64,000 bases of DNA from Catajapyx aquilonaris. Its lineage: Eukaryota. Position 1 is the stretch's first letter. Each line of letters starts with the position of its first letter. Made by a program: the position numbers and the translations under genes. The stretch is from positions 62,001 to 126,000 of the forward strand of contig KZ537968.1 of assembly GCA_000934665.2 (NCBI GenBank). Direction: 5' to 3'. The notes beneath the pieces are model-generated. The model did not search any database, was not told the origin of the DNA, and saw nothing but the letters and a program-made list of their open reading frames with translations. Below, in pieces: positions 1 through 13,000 of the stretch.

Positions 1-3000
1 AAATCTGAGTGCATGCTGGCAAACTGTCACTTACCCTTCTCACAATTGCTTACAGTAGCTTACACACCTTCTCATTGTTACTTTGTGAAGAAGGTACAGG
101 TGCTGCATTTCTCCTGAGGTTAGAAGCCGTCATTGTCTTTCGGCACATTTCTAAACAAGTTGTTCAGAGAAAGCTATTTAAATTGCAACGGCTCTTTTTT
201 TAAGCGCTTCTTCTGCTACAGTCCGTTCTAGTTTATGGCGCTTTTAAATGAGACGCAGCGTTGAATGCACCCTTTTTGCTAAGCCAGACGGTAGAGCTGT
301 TACTTCTGCATCAGTACCCAGATTTTGAAATATAGTTTCGCAGACAAACCCTGTTAGAGGCAAAGGACAAGCCTTAACAATTAGTGTCTGAGAACACCGT
401 CCCCATCTATCTTTGGAGGTCCAGAAAATCGGGTTTTAAAAATGATTTGCGAGGTCTCGCCTAATTTTTTTTTTGTTACATTCTCTGTGTCTCCAAGAGC
501 TGGTCCTTCCCTCCGATTTTATTCCGCGGGTATAATGCCAGGTAATTGCCAAGACCACGGCTGTCACCCATCCCTGCATCACAAATCCTCGTCCATCTTC
601 GTCACAGATCACGCTGCGTTAGTTAGAGGAACCAGCCCTTTGGAACATATAAGGTGGAAAGAAAGTCACTCTCCCGCGACTGAAGGCCCTTTAATAATTC
701 CTCGCTCGTTGTCGGTCCTTGCTTTAATGGCATATATCATTCGAGAGAGGGGACACTTTACATACAGGTAATATATATAGTGCGGTGGAATATATTCAGG
801 GAGCAATTAAGGTTGGAGTGCTTTTGCATCTGTCGTTCTGGAATAACTTGATGGGTCCACCTCTTGTTTTTTTTATAAAATGGAAGTCCGAGCAACCAAT
901 TACATCGCCGTAAAGTGGAATTAGAAGTTCTCTGTTTTTCCAACTTGGGCAGAGTATGTAAATAAGTGTGTGATTGGAATACACCGGTTTAGACAAACGT
1001 AAATATTGGGATTGACGCATGTGGTTTGAAGGGAGCAACATGCAGGATTACACGGGTGATGATAAAAATCGAGTTTGCGTTTTAAAAATGTTAAGTCCTT
1101 GTAGTGCGTATATAGCAGCTCTTTTGTTGTTACTACTTTAAAGTGGTTTCAATTAGCACCTGTGTGGACCAATAAAAGCGGTATGAACAATACACAGCTA
1201 CTATTGATGGACACAAATCACGGCTATTTTAGTACATATCAGTGATCACCGTTATTTTTTAAAAAAATCACTCTCTAGGCCCGCTGAATTGTGAGACAAT
1301 GAAAGATGCTTCAGTTACTTTATAGGTTTTCACCGACAGGTATTTTGAAGCGTGGGTATTATTGATGCATATAATATACCTGTACCATAAAACTGGTCCC
1401 AATAATGCCTTGATTTTTGGCAAATAGAATACTGGCAGTAAAATGAAGGGCGAGAAGCCAGTCAAACCAGAACCCCACGTCAATAATGGCACTCCAACAA
1501 TACCATAGATGGGAAATCGCGGCGAAGCGAAAGGAAAAAGCCAGGCCACGTCGCCTTGGACTCTCCAATGGGACTCCCAGGCATCAATACCTGCTGCAAA
1601 GCCCAATCCGCGGGTGCCCAAATTTCACTCAGGTGGTTGTTCTTGATGTCAATTTGCTCCAGATGCTATCGGCGGCGTTCAAATAACTCACGAGGGGCAC
1701 AGATTGCATCACTGGGAGTCAGTCTGGACATGCAGAGGTGTCGTTTTGGAGACAGCAAACGAGTTCTTGCCCCCCCTCTTTGTTGCACTGCCCCTGGGAC
1801 TGACTTGTGAGAGACCTCCTCGCATCCAGAGCTGCCCTTAAGGATCGCGAAGGGAAATTAAGGTCCATTAAACCGTCCGCCTTCATTGTTTTCGAAAACT
1901 CGTTTCTCTGCGCATGGTGATCGCGGTTAATTAAATTATCATTTTACAAGCGATGATGACAGGGCAGAGTTAGGTTCTAGCCATGTTTTCTCCTTGGCAT
2001 CCATTATTTTTTTAAAGAAAAATATTCATGGAGGTAAAACACCGCCATTGCTCTCTATCGAAGGACCGTGGACAGCGGACAAAAAGTGTGATTTACAATA
2101 AGCGAAACTGTGCTTCAATTTGGCACGCTTAATGACCCTAGCTCCTGTTGCTCACGAATGGAAACCTGGCAAGGCTTTAAGACCCATAAATCCTTCCACT
2201 CAACTGTTTTCCGCCGCCACCTACATCCTCCTTGGGTTTCTTTTCTATACCCGACATCTCACAGCAGCTTGTTTACGGTGGCAACTGTCTCATTAACCTA
2301 TCTTGTCTCTTTGGGATGGGTCGCAAGGCCTAGGATTTTTGCCCAAGATGGCGGCCTCCTGAAGTGACAGGGTGTGCAGATGAAGCGGTACGGGGACTAT
2401 AATCAGAAATGAAAATGGAGTGACTTTATGAGGAGGGAATCTCTTCGGGAGGTACAGGGTTTGTAAATCAATCTGGTTTGCACGGTGGATCCCGAGCAAT
2501 ATGGGGACCCACACGTGGTGATATATGAACCTGTCAGGTCGGGTTGTGTACTGCGCAAGTCATCTCGCCCGCCCCATTATTATTATTCTTTTCTCCTCTG
2601 CTGATAAATGGGGGATACGTGCTCATTTTGGTAAGTGGTTTGCCGCCTGGACCGGGTGTGTGTGTCAAAGAGCAAGAACAGGTGACTTGCAACATTAAAG
2701 TTTAAAACACCTGTATAATTGCTTTTTACAGCTGGTAATTGGGCGAATTTTTTAAAACGGGCTAGTTATCAGCCAACAGAAGCTATCAGTGTAGGATTAC
2801 CATATGGCCTGTGACACCATCAGATTTAAGCTTAATTATATTTCATGAATGATGCTACACTATAATTACTCGAACCTCTAACGCATTTGGCAGCACACAG
2901 GGGATTGTTACAGTGAAATCATAATTTCCAGCATTTCGAGCACTAGGTTTTCTCTGGTACAGTAAATAGGGCTCCGAAGTATTTTCAGATTGAGAACACT

Positions 3001-6000
3001 CTTGCATATTAAGACGAGCTTCAGTAACAAGTCGTGCGAAGTAAATAACAAACCGTGAGATTTTTTCTTAACCCAGATAAAAATGGCATGCTTTACCACA
3101 CGAAGAAAAGAGACCGATCCCACACCTCAGTCAGTATAAATTAATATTTTTTTCAAGCTATCTAGCTGCTGACACGATAAAAAGCGAACCCATGTTAGGT
3201 TCTTTCATCACTCGTCGTATCAGACAGCGGTCGGCTGGCTAAGCACATTCCTTGTAATTATCTGCGACAGAAAGGGAGTTGCCTAATTGTTCGGCCAATA
3301 TCCACAGACACTTGCAAGACGACAGTCTCGATTAATGATGACTTGGTGTCAATGCTCCAAGCTGTTGGCAAAATGGCCGCGACTTGTTTGAAAATGGTCG
3401 ACTCATGGCCTACTACTAAACTACTGGTGATGAGGGCTAAGCAAACACTCCCAACATCACTTGTCCCTTTGACATACATCACCTTTTTTTTATTTGGTTT
3501 CTATTTTAGCACAAGTATCCCAGCCTTGAGCCTGGGATAAAAGGCTTTGATTGGAAATAGAGGATTCATGTTATGTTCGAGTGTATGAACGGCACATATT
3601 GTAGGCACTTTCTAGTATGCAAGTAATGCTACCTGGTAGAAATCTACTGTTCTGCTCCAATGCTTCTGAAAAGAACACGGAGAGTTAAAGAGTTTCGTGC
3701 GTGGAGAGAGAGTCGTGTCTCAGGTTTGCTACCGGCGAAGGTCGCTCTATTTTTGGAAAATCAAATGAAGACTTGGATACCAGGAAAATGAATATTCTGG
3801 ACACCATCTTTCCCTATACTGTGCCGAATCACGACTATTTTCTTCCAATTGAAAACTAGATAAGAAAATATCCACAAAAATGCAATTTTCTCTGTAGACC
3901 AAACAACGGTTTTTCCCTCACAAACTGGCAATATTTGCACCAGTTATTGCTCCAAGTTTACGACCTGCCTGGAAGTGCGAAGAGCAGTTTGGTGTTGAGC
4001 ATAAATTCCTCCCAATAACACCAGCTCGAGACCTAGTTATTGAGTTTGGAACCACTGCCCTGTTTTGTATAATCAGGCCTGAGGGTGCAAGGCACTGGCC
4101 CAATCTTATCAATATCCAATGCCCGGGCCATTGCCTTAATAATACGTCCCGGGTAGCGAGGCGTGTCTGTGTACATTGGATGGTGCACCAAGATTACGTG
4201 AGAAGAAAGCGTGTGTGTGCAGTAAGAATCTGCTCGGGATTTGCATTTGCACCCTTGTGAAACTCTGAAGGAATTTAGGACACTTGTCACGTGGAACGCA
4301 ATATGATGGTTTATGATTTGAGTTTGAGCTCCCTGCAGTGTGTGTAAGGCTCCCCCAACCTTCCAGCCACCAATACCAGTTTGCGGGGGGGAACCAGTCT
4401 AAAGGCTGTCATTCTGTCTACAAAGGGAGGAACTCGGGTTACGCCCTTCAAGACAAATCACGTGATGCTGATTACGTCATATGTGGAGACCTGGTGACCG
4501 AATTGTTAATTGCTCCAAAGATGCGTCTGGTGCTGGCGTAATTGCGTCTTGGGTGTAACAAAGTAGGCCAATAGGGCCTCTCCATTGTCTTGCCGCTGGC
4601 GATACTCGTATTAGTGGATGGACACAATGTGTGCTTTACGGTTGGAACGGGCTCAAAATCCTCCATTTTCTTATTTTCACACACGTGGCCTTTACCAAAA
4701 AGAGAGCAAGGTTGCCCAGGAGCAGATATCTTGCAATGCTTTCCCCCAATTTTACCAATTGGCCAGTGTTCCACATTGTACACAGGTTGGTAATAATGCA
4801 AGAATTCGACCAATTCCATCATTGAAGTCGCCTCTTCTGGCGCCCTGGGGTCTGAGGGATGTGGGTAGTTTACCAAGGATATCTTTTTGCTGGTCGACCA
4901 CGTGTGGGGTCACGCTGACCCTGATGTTCACTCAGATTACGCCACGCACAATGGTTCAGCCTCCAGAAACAGAGAAAGAGTGGTGGGAGGAGGAGAAGGA
5001 ACTATTGCTTAGTTGGAGGTTTTCCTAGCAGTTTTGTCGTGACCAGAGATGCGATTATCCCTCCAGCAACTGGGGGTTTTGGCGAGACCCATGCTGTCGG
5101 GACATTGTTTCTTTTTGTCTTGTCCCTGGCTAATATGCACCGCTAGTAGTCACGCAAGGGTCATATCCATGGACAATAGGAATAGAACAAAATGTCGCAG
5201 TACTGTCCAATTCCCAACAATAGGAATGTCTCTCAAGCAATTTCCTCCATATGAGTGTAACAGATTTGTCACCTGTTCAGCTCAGCTTGAGGTCGAAGGT
5301 GTGGTCCGTCAACCTCTTACAGACATGGTGATTCTTAATCTGGAACCATTATCACTCAAGTTGCTATCGATTGAGTGTGTAGGATCACCCATGGAGTTAT
5401 TGCACACTCGGTTGGTCGGTTGTGACGCTCGATTTCTACTTGCGAAAAAAAAATGCCTGGAAATTCCACCTTGTGACTCACACTGGAAATTAGGACACTC
5501 GGAGGAAAAAGGACCACCCAGGCGAAAATAAATGATCATCATAAAATGGAAATTGGTGTATTGCCCATCATCGAGTGTCATAGATGGCAGTGGAATTTCT
5601 CAAAATGGCGCGAATATGACGGGATCGGAGCAGCAGCGGGATCTTTGAAGCCAGGATCATAATGATAGGTTACGCGCATTATGTCCAATTGTCTGTTGAT
5701 ATGCATGTTATTAACAAGTTCTCAATACTGTCCACATATCTGAATATATTAATGGGTGGGTCGATTTGATATGTGCGTGCTGGATGCGTGTACAAGGTGT
5801 AAATTTCTAAGCACGCAGGACGTTACAGTGCAAAAGGGCGTGATGACAAGGGTGGAAAGTGCATGATTCCAGCCCCTCTCTGTCGGCTGTCATTTAGTTA
5901 GAGCCTGTTTCCCAGCATATAAAGCAAGCCGACCTGATGGGAACAACTAGCAGGTGTGGGAGAGACTCATCTGGTCAGCACTTCCACGCTGGCCAGAGAG

Positions 6001-6931
6001 AGTGTTCAGGGGAACTGACCAGTGACTTGGCCGATATCCCACCGCTTAACCTGGTTTTGAGCCATTTGCACATCGCTCTACGGGATTTTCCAAGCCCGTT
6101 ATCAAATTGGACACGGTCTGGCAGAAATGAGATGGGGGATATGACCATTGCCAATGTGTGACGTCAGGGTAATAATCATGTGCTCAAGGCAGGGTTGATA
6201 TTGCATTAAGTTATGCAATATTTAGTATTTGTTTCGACACATCCATTACTAGTGGTTATTGGCTTAATTTCGCATTACAAACATGTAATGATACTGACCC
6301 ACAGAAAATGTAATGCCTTACGAAAATGATATCACTGCCTAATTTTTTGAGCAGCATGTACAGTACTATATCGCTCAAAAAGATAGAGACGAATTTTAAT
6401 TTGGCTTCAATGCAAAATCGTTATCTTTTTGAGTACCTTGAAGTGCATTTGGTTGAAACACTTTCAACTCAGTACCAACAAAAATTACAGCGATTTTTGA
6501 CTAATATTAGTGAGACAAAAATATTTTGTTGAGCGATAGTAGAAAAGTGTATCAGATTGGGCATAAATTAATTGAGAGACGGACATTATCACTATATTCT
6601 CGTTAGAAAATGTTCACTCGATGTCACTTGCTAATGAAGTCATCATGTGCTCACTTGTCAGGTGTTGAGAAATCTTCGCGAATGTTTCACAATGAGGCAT
6701 AGGGGAAACGAGCTGGTTGTATCAACCGGGAATATATTCCAATTAGCAGTTGTATGCATATATAGTCAAATAATAAGGGTTGGCTACTTTTTTATGGTCC
6801 GGATTAACACAGGGGATTACAAAGGTTGCTTCGGTGGTCAATTAAAACTTCATTACTTATTCAGACAGTTCTTTCTCTCGCTTTTTCATTTGCGCCTCAC
6901 TAATTCTGTCATGTTTTTATCTCTCTTTCAG

Positions 6932-7012
6932 ATCGATCCTATAGCTTCTCGGAGAAGCAGCGATACGACGGCTGGTATAATAATTTAGCTCATCCCGATT
7001 GGGGATCTGTAG
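6932..7012 (+). CDS. Duox: Duox coding exon ([26 protein letters not shown])
   Basis: Acceptor ctctttcag, donor G|GTAAGT; conserved Duox N-terminal motif; missed by the ORF track. Confidence 0.93.
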
Positions 7013-10000
7013 GTAAGTGAATGAACCTTTTTTACTTTATAATATGATGTGGTGATAAAATCTGGCTCAGTGAAATCAAAAAAATAGTTTTACCCTCATG
7101 CAGAACCATCCCAAGAGTTTCTGCAACTTGTAAAGTGAAGCCATCATTGAGACTGCAGAACTATTTTGGTCGAAATAAATATTTCCTAGAATTTTCGTGA
7201 TCGAAGGAGTAACGATACTTTTTGCACCTGAGCCTTCATTAGCCTCACAACACGAGGGTGTTACTGGTTCCACTCACAATATACATGAAATTGGCCATTA
7301 AGAACCTCGGCCCTTTAAACGTGCACCACTCCCTCAACTCCACCCGTTGTATAATCCGAAACATTTTTGCTCACTTTTACATCGAAAACACCACATAAAA
7401 ATTCCCAACACATTCCGAAAGATATCAACCATATCAGCTCCCAGAAAATGTGTCACGTGCCTTCATGCCGCAACACAAAAATAATAAACGTTACATACTG
7501 GGTACCGTACAATAAGTCAGTCAAGGCACAATCATGAGACCTGCATAAAATGAGGGACAACCGCGGCGGCCCACGTCTAATTCCGCCGCATTATTGCCCA
7601 TAAAATTCTAGCATGAAAGAACCACAAGATTTCACCGCTCCTTTAAAAAAATGGAGCAGTTATTACTCAGGGCATGGTAATGGCCTGAGAGTTAGACACC
7701 TGACTTCATGTCTGGCCTGGTAAATGGAATGAGCGAAAACCGTCTGTGCACATACAAAGAGACCAAAAAGCTCCAGCTGAGCTTTATTGGGGCTACCTTT
7801 TACGGAGTTCGGCCCAGCAGGAGACGGCCGGGAATGTGGCCAGATTGGCCCCGGGGCCAGAATAAAAAAAAGAAGTACATTTTTGCTCCTGGTTCAAGGC
7901 ATCAGATGGCACCTGCCTTGCTCCATGCAGGACATGTTAATAATCTTGCTTAGAGGTATCCAGCGGCAAAGCACCCTGCATGCGTACAAGATGCTATATT
8001 TCAATCGAACTATGCGATTTTGGAGCCGCAAGTCGCCAAATCCAGTAGAACCAGATTTTCTTTTTATTATATTCAGAGAGGTTTGAATAATAGGGGGGTT
8101 GTCGCGTGGGAAGTGGTAAAGCTAGGGGGGCTTTCGACGCTCCATTTTTCAGTGTGTCACATTATGAAAATGGCTGAGTTGTCTAGTTTCTGCGGTATGG
8201 ATCATGATATTTGATACAAAATGTTGCCCAAAGTACATTCAACACAGACAGTGCCAAAATATTTGTCAGAAGTGGTGACACTTACGCATTCAACAAGTCA
8301 CCAGATTTACACTACCGGTAATTATTGTGTCATCTAATTGCATGGCATCATTGTTGTCGTCATCCAACTTTTCCAAGTCAGTTTAGGTCAGTGACTGGCT
8401 GTGACCTGACAACACAAAAGTACGAGCATCACTTTTTTACGATTCTCATAATTTCTAATCACGAGCTTCCTTCCAAGGATGATGACGGGCCCAATTTCTT
8501 ATGGTACCGCTGAAATGTTGGTACACCCGGCTGTTTAGTTCCTCTAATGAAGTCACTGCTGTGTATAGTGGACTCAGTGCGGCATATATTTAAAGAAAAG
8601 ACAATTTACAAGTAGAGAGCTGGCAGCCGGCCGTAAAACACGACTATCGGAACCAATCTCCAGAAAAGGTTTGTGGAATAAAACGTGCGGAGGTGCATTA
8701 AGGGCAAGTGCTACAGCCAATTGGGAGGTACTTGATGATTGAGAAAACTCATTTTGTAACTATCTATCGAGATTGATGCTGCCGTGCTGAATGAATCTGT
8801 AGGCAATCGGACTCTGCAATTGGCACACAGTTGTCCTGGTCACACCTTGTCGTTAAAATATTTGCATTCTAGTTAGGACAAGATGACAAACCTTTCAATA
8901 ACTGTCTTTGGGCCATTGAGAACACCATTTCTCATGATGTAGGGTTCTGCTTAGGGATCGTCTCTAATGTCAGTAATGTGTACTTCATACCTGTTGATAT
9001 CAGAGTGAGGTCACAATCAATTGTGGACATTTACTGCAACTTTAGTGAACATTTCATTTTGAAAATTATTTATCCAAAACGTGACCCTCCAAATTACATT
9101 TTTTATCATATTAAAATCTTCCGGACTATATGACCGAGTCGTCTGATTGGTCCGCCTCACGTTGTTACCGAGACTCTTCCTATTGGCCCGCGTTCAACGC
9201 ATGCGCAAAGGGTGCAGACAGCGCATCTGGTGGGTGGAAGGAGAAACTACTGTAGAAAGTGCAACTCGAGGGGGTTTCTAGTCAAAACTTAAATTTTTAT
9301 GGGAAAATTGACGTTTGGAGTTAAGGTCTGTCCCAGTGTAACAAAATGGCCAAGATTTAGTGTCACGTGCAATGACCCCTTAGGTCATTCTGGGCGTTGG
9401 AGATAGCACAGAAATTGCAACATCCTCCTACCTGTTACTTGCTGATTATGCAAATAAGATTAGAAGCGGCAAATATGGCTGTGGTTGGTGGGCGTCTGAG
9501 TACATCAGCGATTAAAGTTTTGGCAACTACAAAAAGTAGGATTCTGACCAGGGCAAGAGTCATGCTGCTTTAATACACGAAAATGATAAATTTCGTTTTT
9601 CTCGCCCGGTTTTCATAACCTGGTCCCTCAGACGTGTAGGTTTATCCGCGACAGCAGGAATTAGAGCGGATGATTTACAGTTGGCAAAGGCCGGGAGAAT
9701 TACAAACCATGAGCAGCCATTAATAATTTTGTACAAATGCCATGCTAGTCAGGCCCTGTCTGCAGGCTAACCTCGTGTGTATGCTGCTGACTCCACCGAA
9801 AAACCATCGATTCAAAAAAGGAGGCCGCCATGTTTATGCCTGCCTTCGGGGTCCATTCTGCAGTGATGGTGACGGATGCCCACAAGGGTCGGGTGATGAA
9901 TGTTCCGAGGCCAAAAACTTGTTCATACACGAGAGATAAACCCCGAGTTGTTGCAACAACACTGCAGGCTTCGTATTATTAGCAAGTGGTGAACGGCCCG

Positions 10001-13000
10001 AGATATCCAGGCCCATTACTGCTCCTCCAGGACATTACTCAGTCAGCGGAGGAGGCGCCCAGATCTTAATGGAAATCAAAAACCAGAGGGCAGCGAGGGG
10101 CTAATTGACACCGAGGGCCTGTTAAACTCAGGATGGACGGTGGTGAGGGGCAGGGCCCGTGAATATATGTGCGCAAATCTAGTGGTTCAAAGTAGCCGTG
10201 ACTTCCCACTGTCATCCCCGCCTTTTGCCTTCAGCTTAACAGGAGGAGGATTTTCCTTTCAAAACGAATGGACCGATTGCTGAAGTACTAATCTCTGGAC
10301 CAGGCTACCGAATCCTTTTGTGTCGTATACGAAATGCCCGCGACTAATCTTAACATTGGACACGCCCCATGGAATCCTTCGATGAAGATCTGATGTTTGG
10401 TCGACTTGTAAGGTGTTCAAGAATGTGTGACCCGCTTCATGCCAATTGCTGCTGTTGATCGGCTTAACATAAATCTTTATATTAAAAGGGCGGTTACAGG
10501 GCGTTGCGACGTTCTGACTCTAAACCCGTGACATACAGGGTGCTCCACAAGCCATGAAAGACACATTGATTGCATAAATTTAGGTGTTCATCCATAAGCT
10601 CTTCGCGCCATGTGCCAAAATACAGGCTTGGGGAACACATTTCTGGCCACTTAATACTAATCATTCCTGAAAATTATATGGACATTAGCAGGTATAACAG
10701 ACATGTTTTGTTCTGTTTGGCGTCAAAATTACTGTATGTATAGTCTCATACTTTCTAATCATGCTATTGGAAATACACAAGCAGAATTTTTATGAGCAGT
10801 GTTCCTTTCTTATTGGACTGACCTTTTATTGTCTGACAATGAGCGAATTAGGCGAATTCCTGGCGCGACAACGCTTCAGGTATTCATTTGACGCTAGGAT
10901 TCTTAGGAGGCGGCGACCTGGAACTGCTGGGTCTGTTTAATAGCTGGGTACTTGAAGCATAAAAATTTTTGCTACCAGAATATGAGGCGTGTAAGGGGAT
11001 CGTGTCGGGCAAGCGGCACAAAATATGTCGGGAGAAGAAGGGTTTGCTGGGGGGTGTTGGTAACAAGCAAGAACCGCAAGGGATGCGGGCTGGTTCTGCT
11101 TGAGATGAAGTGAAACTTTATTAATTCAATGTCGCTGACTGCCAGTTGCCTCACACACATTCCATCAGCGTGTTTCGCTTTGCTGACCACTGTTTTTCTG
11201 TTACGAACGAGCATGATCAAAATGGCGGCTCGTCTGACAGCAACCTTATCATGGCCCGCCATCTTTCTTCTTATTCCAGATAGTCGACTGACGAGGAAGA
11301 CGCCACCATCCTATGCCGATGGTGTGTACATGCTGGCTGGACAGAACCGTCCCAGCCCCAGGAAGCTGAGTGAGGCCTTCATGAAGGGCCAGGATGGGCA
11401 AGGGTCCTCTCGCAACAGGACGGCGCTGCTGGCCTTCTTCGGTGAGCACGCCATTTGTCTGCGGTACCACTCGATTAACACTGGAACCGGTCGTTTCGGA
11501 ACCTCGAGGGATTAGGATTAGGGGTCGTTTCGCCTAGTGACAAATTGGTGAAAGGCGAGGTTTCAGCGGAGTTCTGGGATAACAGATGAAGGCTATTTGC
11601 ACTAACCCGGCATAAATTAGCACGTGTGTGGGTATATGCATAGGGTGGTGCACTACCATGCATCACATCAAGAAGGTGCACATATTCGTGCATTGAAGTC
11701 GCCATGACAATATCAGCCACCCTGAATATTTTCCGAAGAAATGATGGTCCTGTTAGAAAAGAATCAATCCGGTCGATGAATCACTGACAATGGGCAGAAA
11801 TCAAATTTTTACGCTCAGCATTAAACAGGTTTAATATGCTGGAACCCATCATTGTAACCTGGAGGAGCGCAACGGCATAAATTATTCATACTGCTTTGAG
11901 TGATGTGCACTTATGCTTTTGAAGGTAACCTTGTAATTTTCGTAGGTCAGGTCAGACAGGTTTATATTACATCCGGACCACCTCCGAGCCAGATGCTGTG
12001 ATATCATCGCTAAAGTTGGTAGCGTTTGATTCGACTTGAACGTTGGAATTCTCCTTGAGAACGGTCTTTTGTCGTTCGACATTTACGAGCGGGGTTTGGC
12101 TCACGCGGTTGAGCTTTATATCTGTCTAAACACACAAAGGTGCCATATTGAGAGGTCAGAGAGCATCCCTTTTGCATAGGGAGAGATACACGAACGGTCT
12201 GGATCCGGAGCATGGCCGAGAACATATGTGTTTGTCGTCGAGAGACTGACAAGACATGGAAATCGTGACTGTTCGCAAGGCAACGGAGAAATCCGAATGG
12301 TCCCAGCTGCGTACTAGTTTGGTAAGACTGCACTTCAAGACAGCATGTCACTGCAGCAGTCAGTCACAAAACTAAACCGCTCAAAGGGAAATGGGTCGCA
12401 CTGCCAAGATTTGTGGGCCCCGTCGGCCTCTTGCAATGTAAAACATGGGCAATATCGCGCATAACTAATGAAACGTGGTGCTCTTCTACATGCTGGGTAG
12501 TCATTTGCAGACTGATCTCCTGCTTGACCCTTCGAAACAAGAAGAAATTCTGACTTGGAAGAGGTCGACTTCATGAGGAAAAGGTTATCGTGATTCGCTG
12601 ATAATCACCGGCTTCGGCATGTCTTTGGGTTGCCCTAATGGACCGAAAGCCTGCCAAAAAAAGCTGAGACAGCCAGTGGAAACATTGCTGCAGTTGTGCA
12701 ACTGCAACTAAAAACCGCAACGACTAACATACGTTGCTCAACATTGTTTGCATTCTTTAATAGTGCCCACTGTGAGGGAAATTTTTCTCAGTTGATGGAA
12801 TCCATAAATATTTGAATCATTTTTCAGTCAATTCAAGTAACGCAATGCTTTGAGTACATTATTAAACTTGTATAAATTGATATCTAATTTAGTTTATTAA
12901 ATATCGTCACCGTCATTAAAAATGAATAGTCTCATAATTCATTACAGTTCACTATTTACGTTAAAAATTAATTAACATAAATTCAGCCGCTATTGATCAC

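Noticed and set aside
1..6900. Searched for a Duox maturation factor (DuoxA) gene head-to-head with Duox
   Set aside because: No recognisable DuoxA exons; the short ORFs here have no motifs I can identify.
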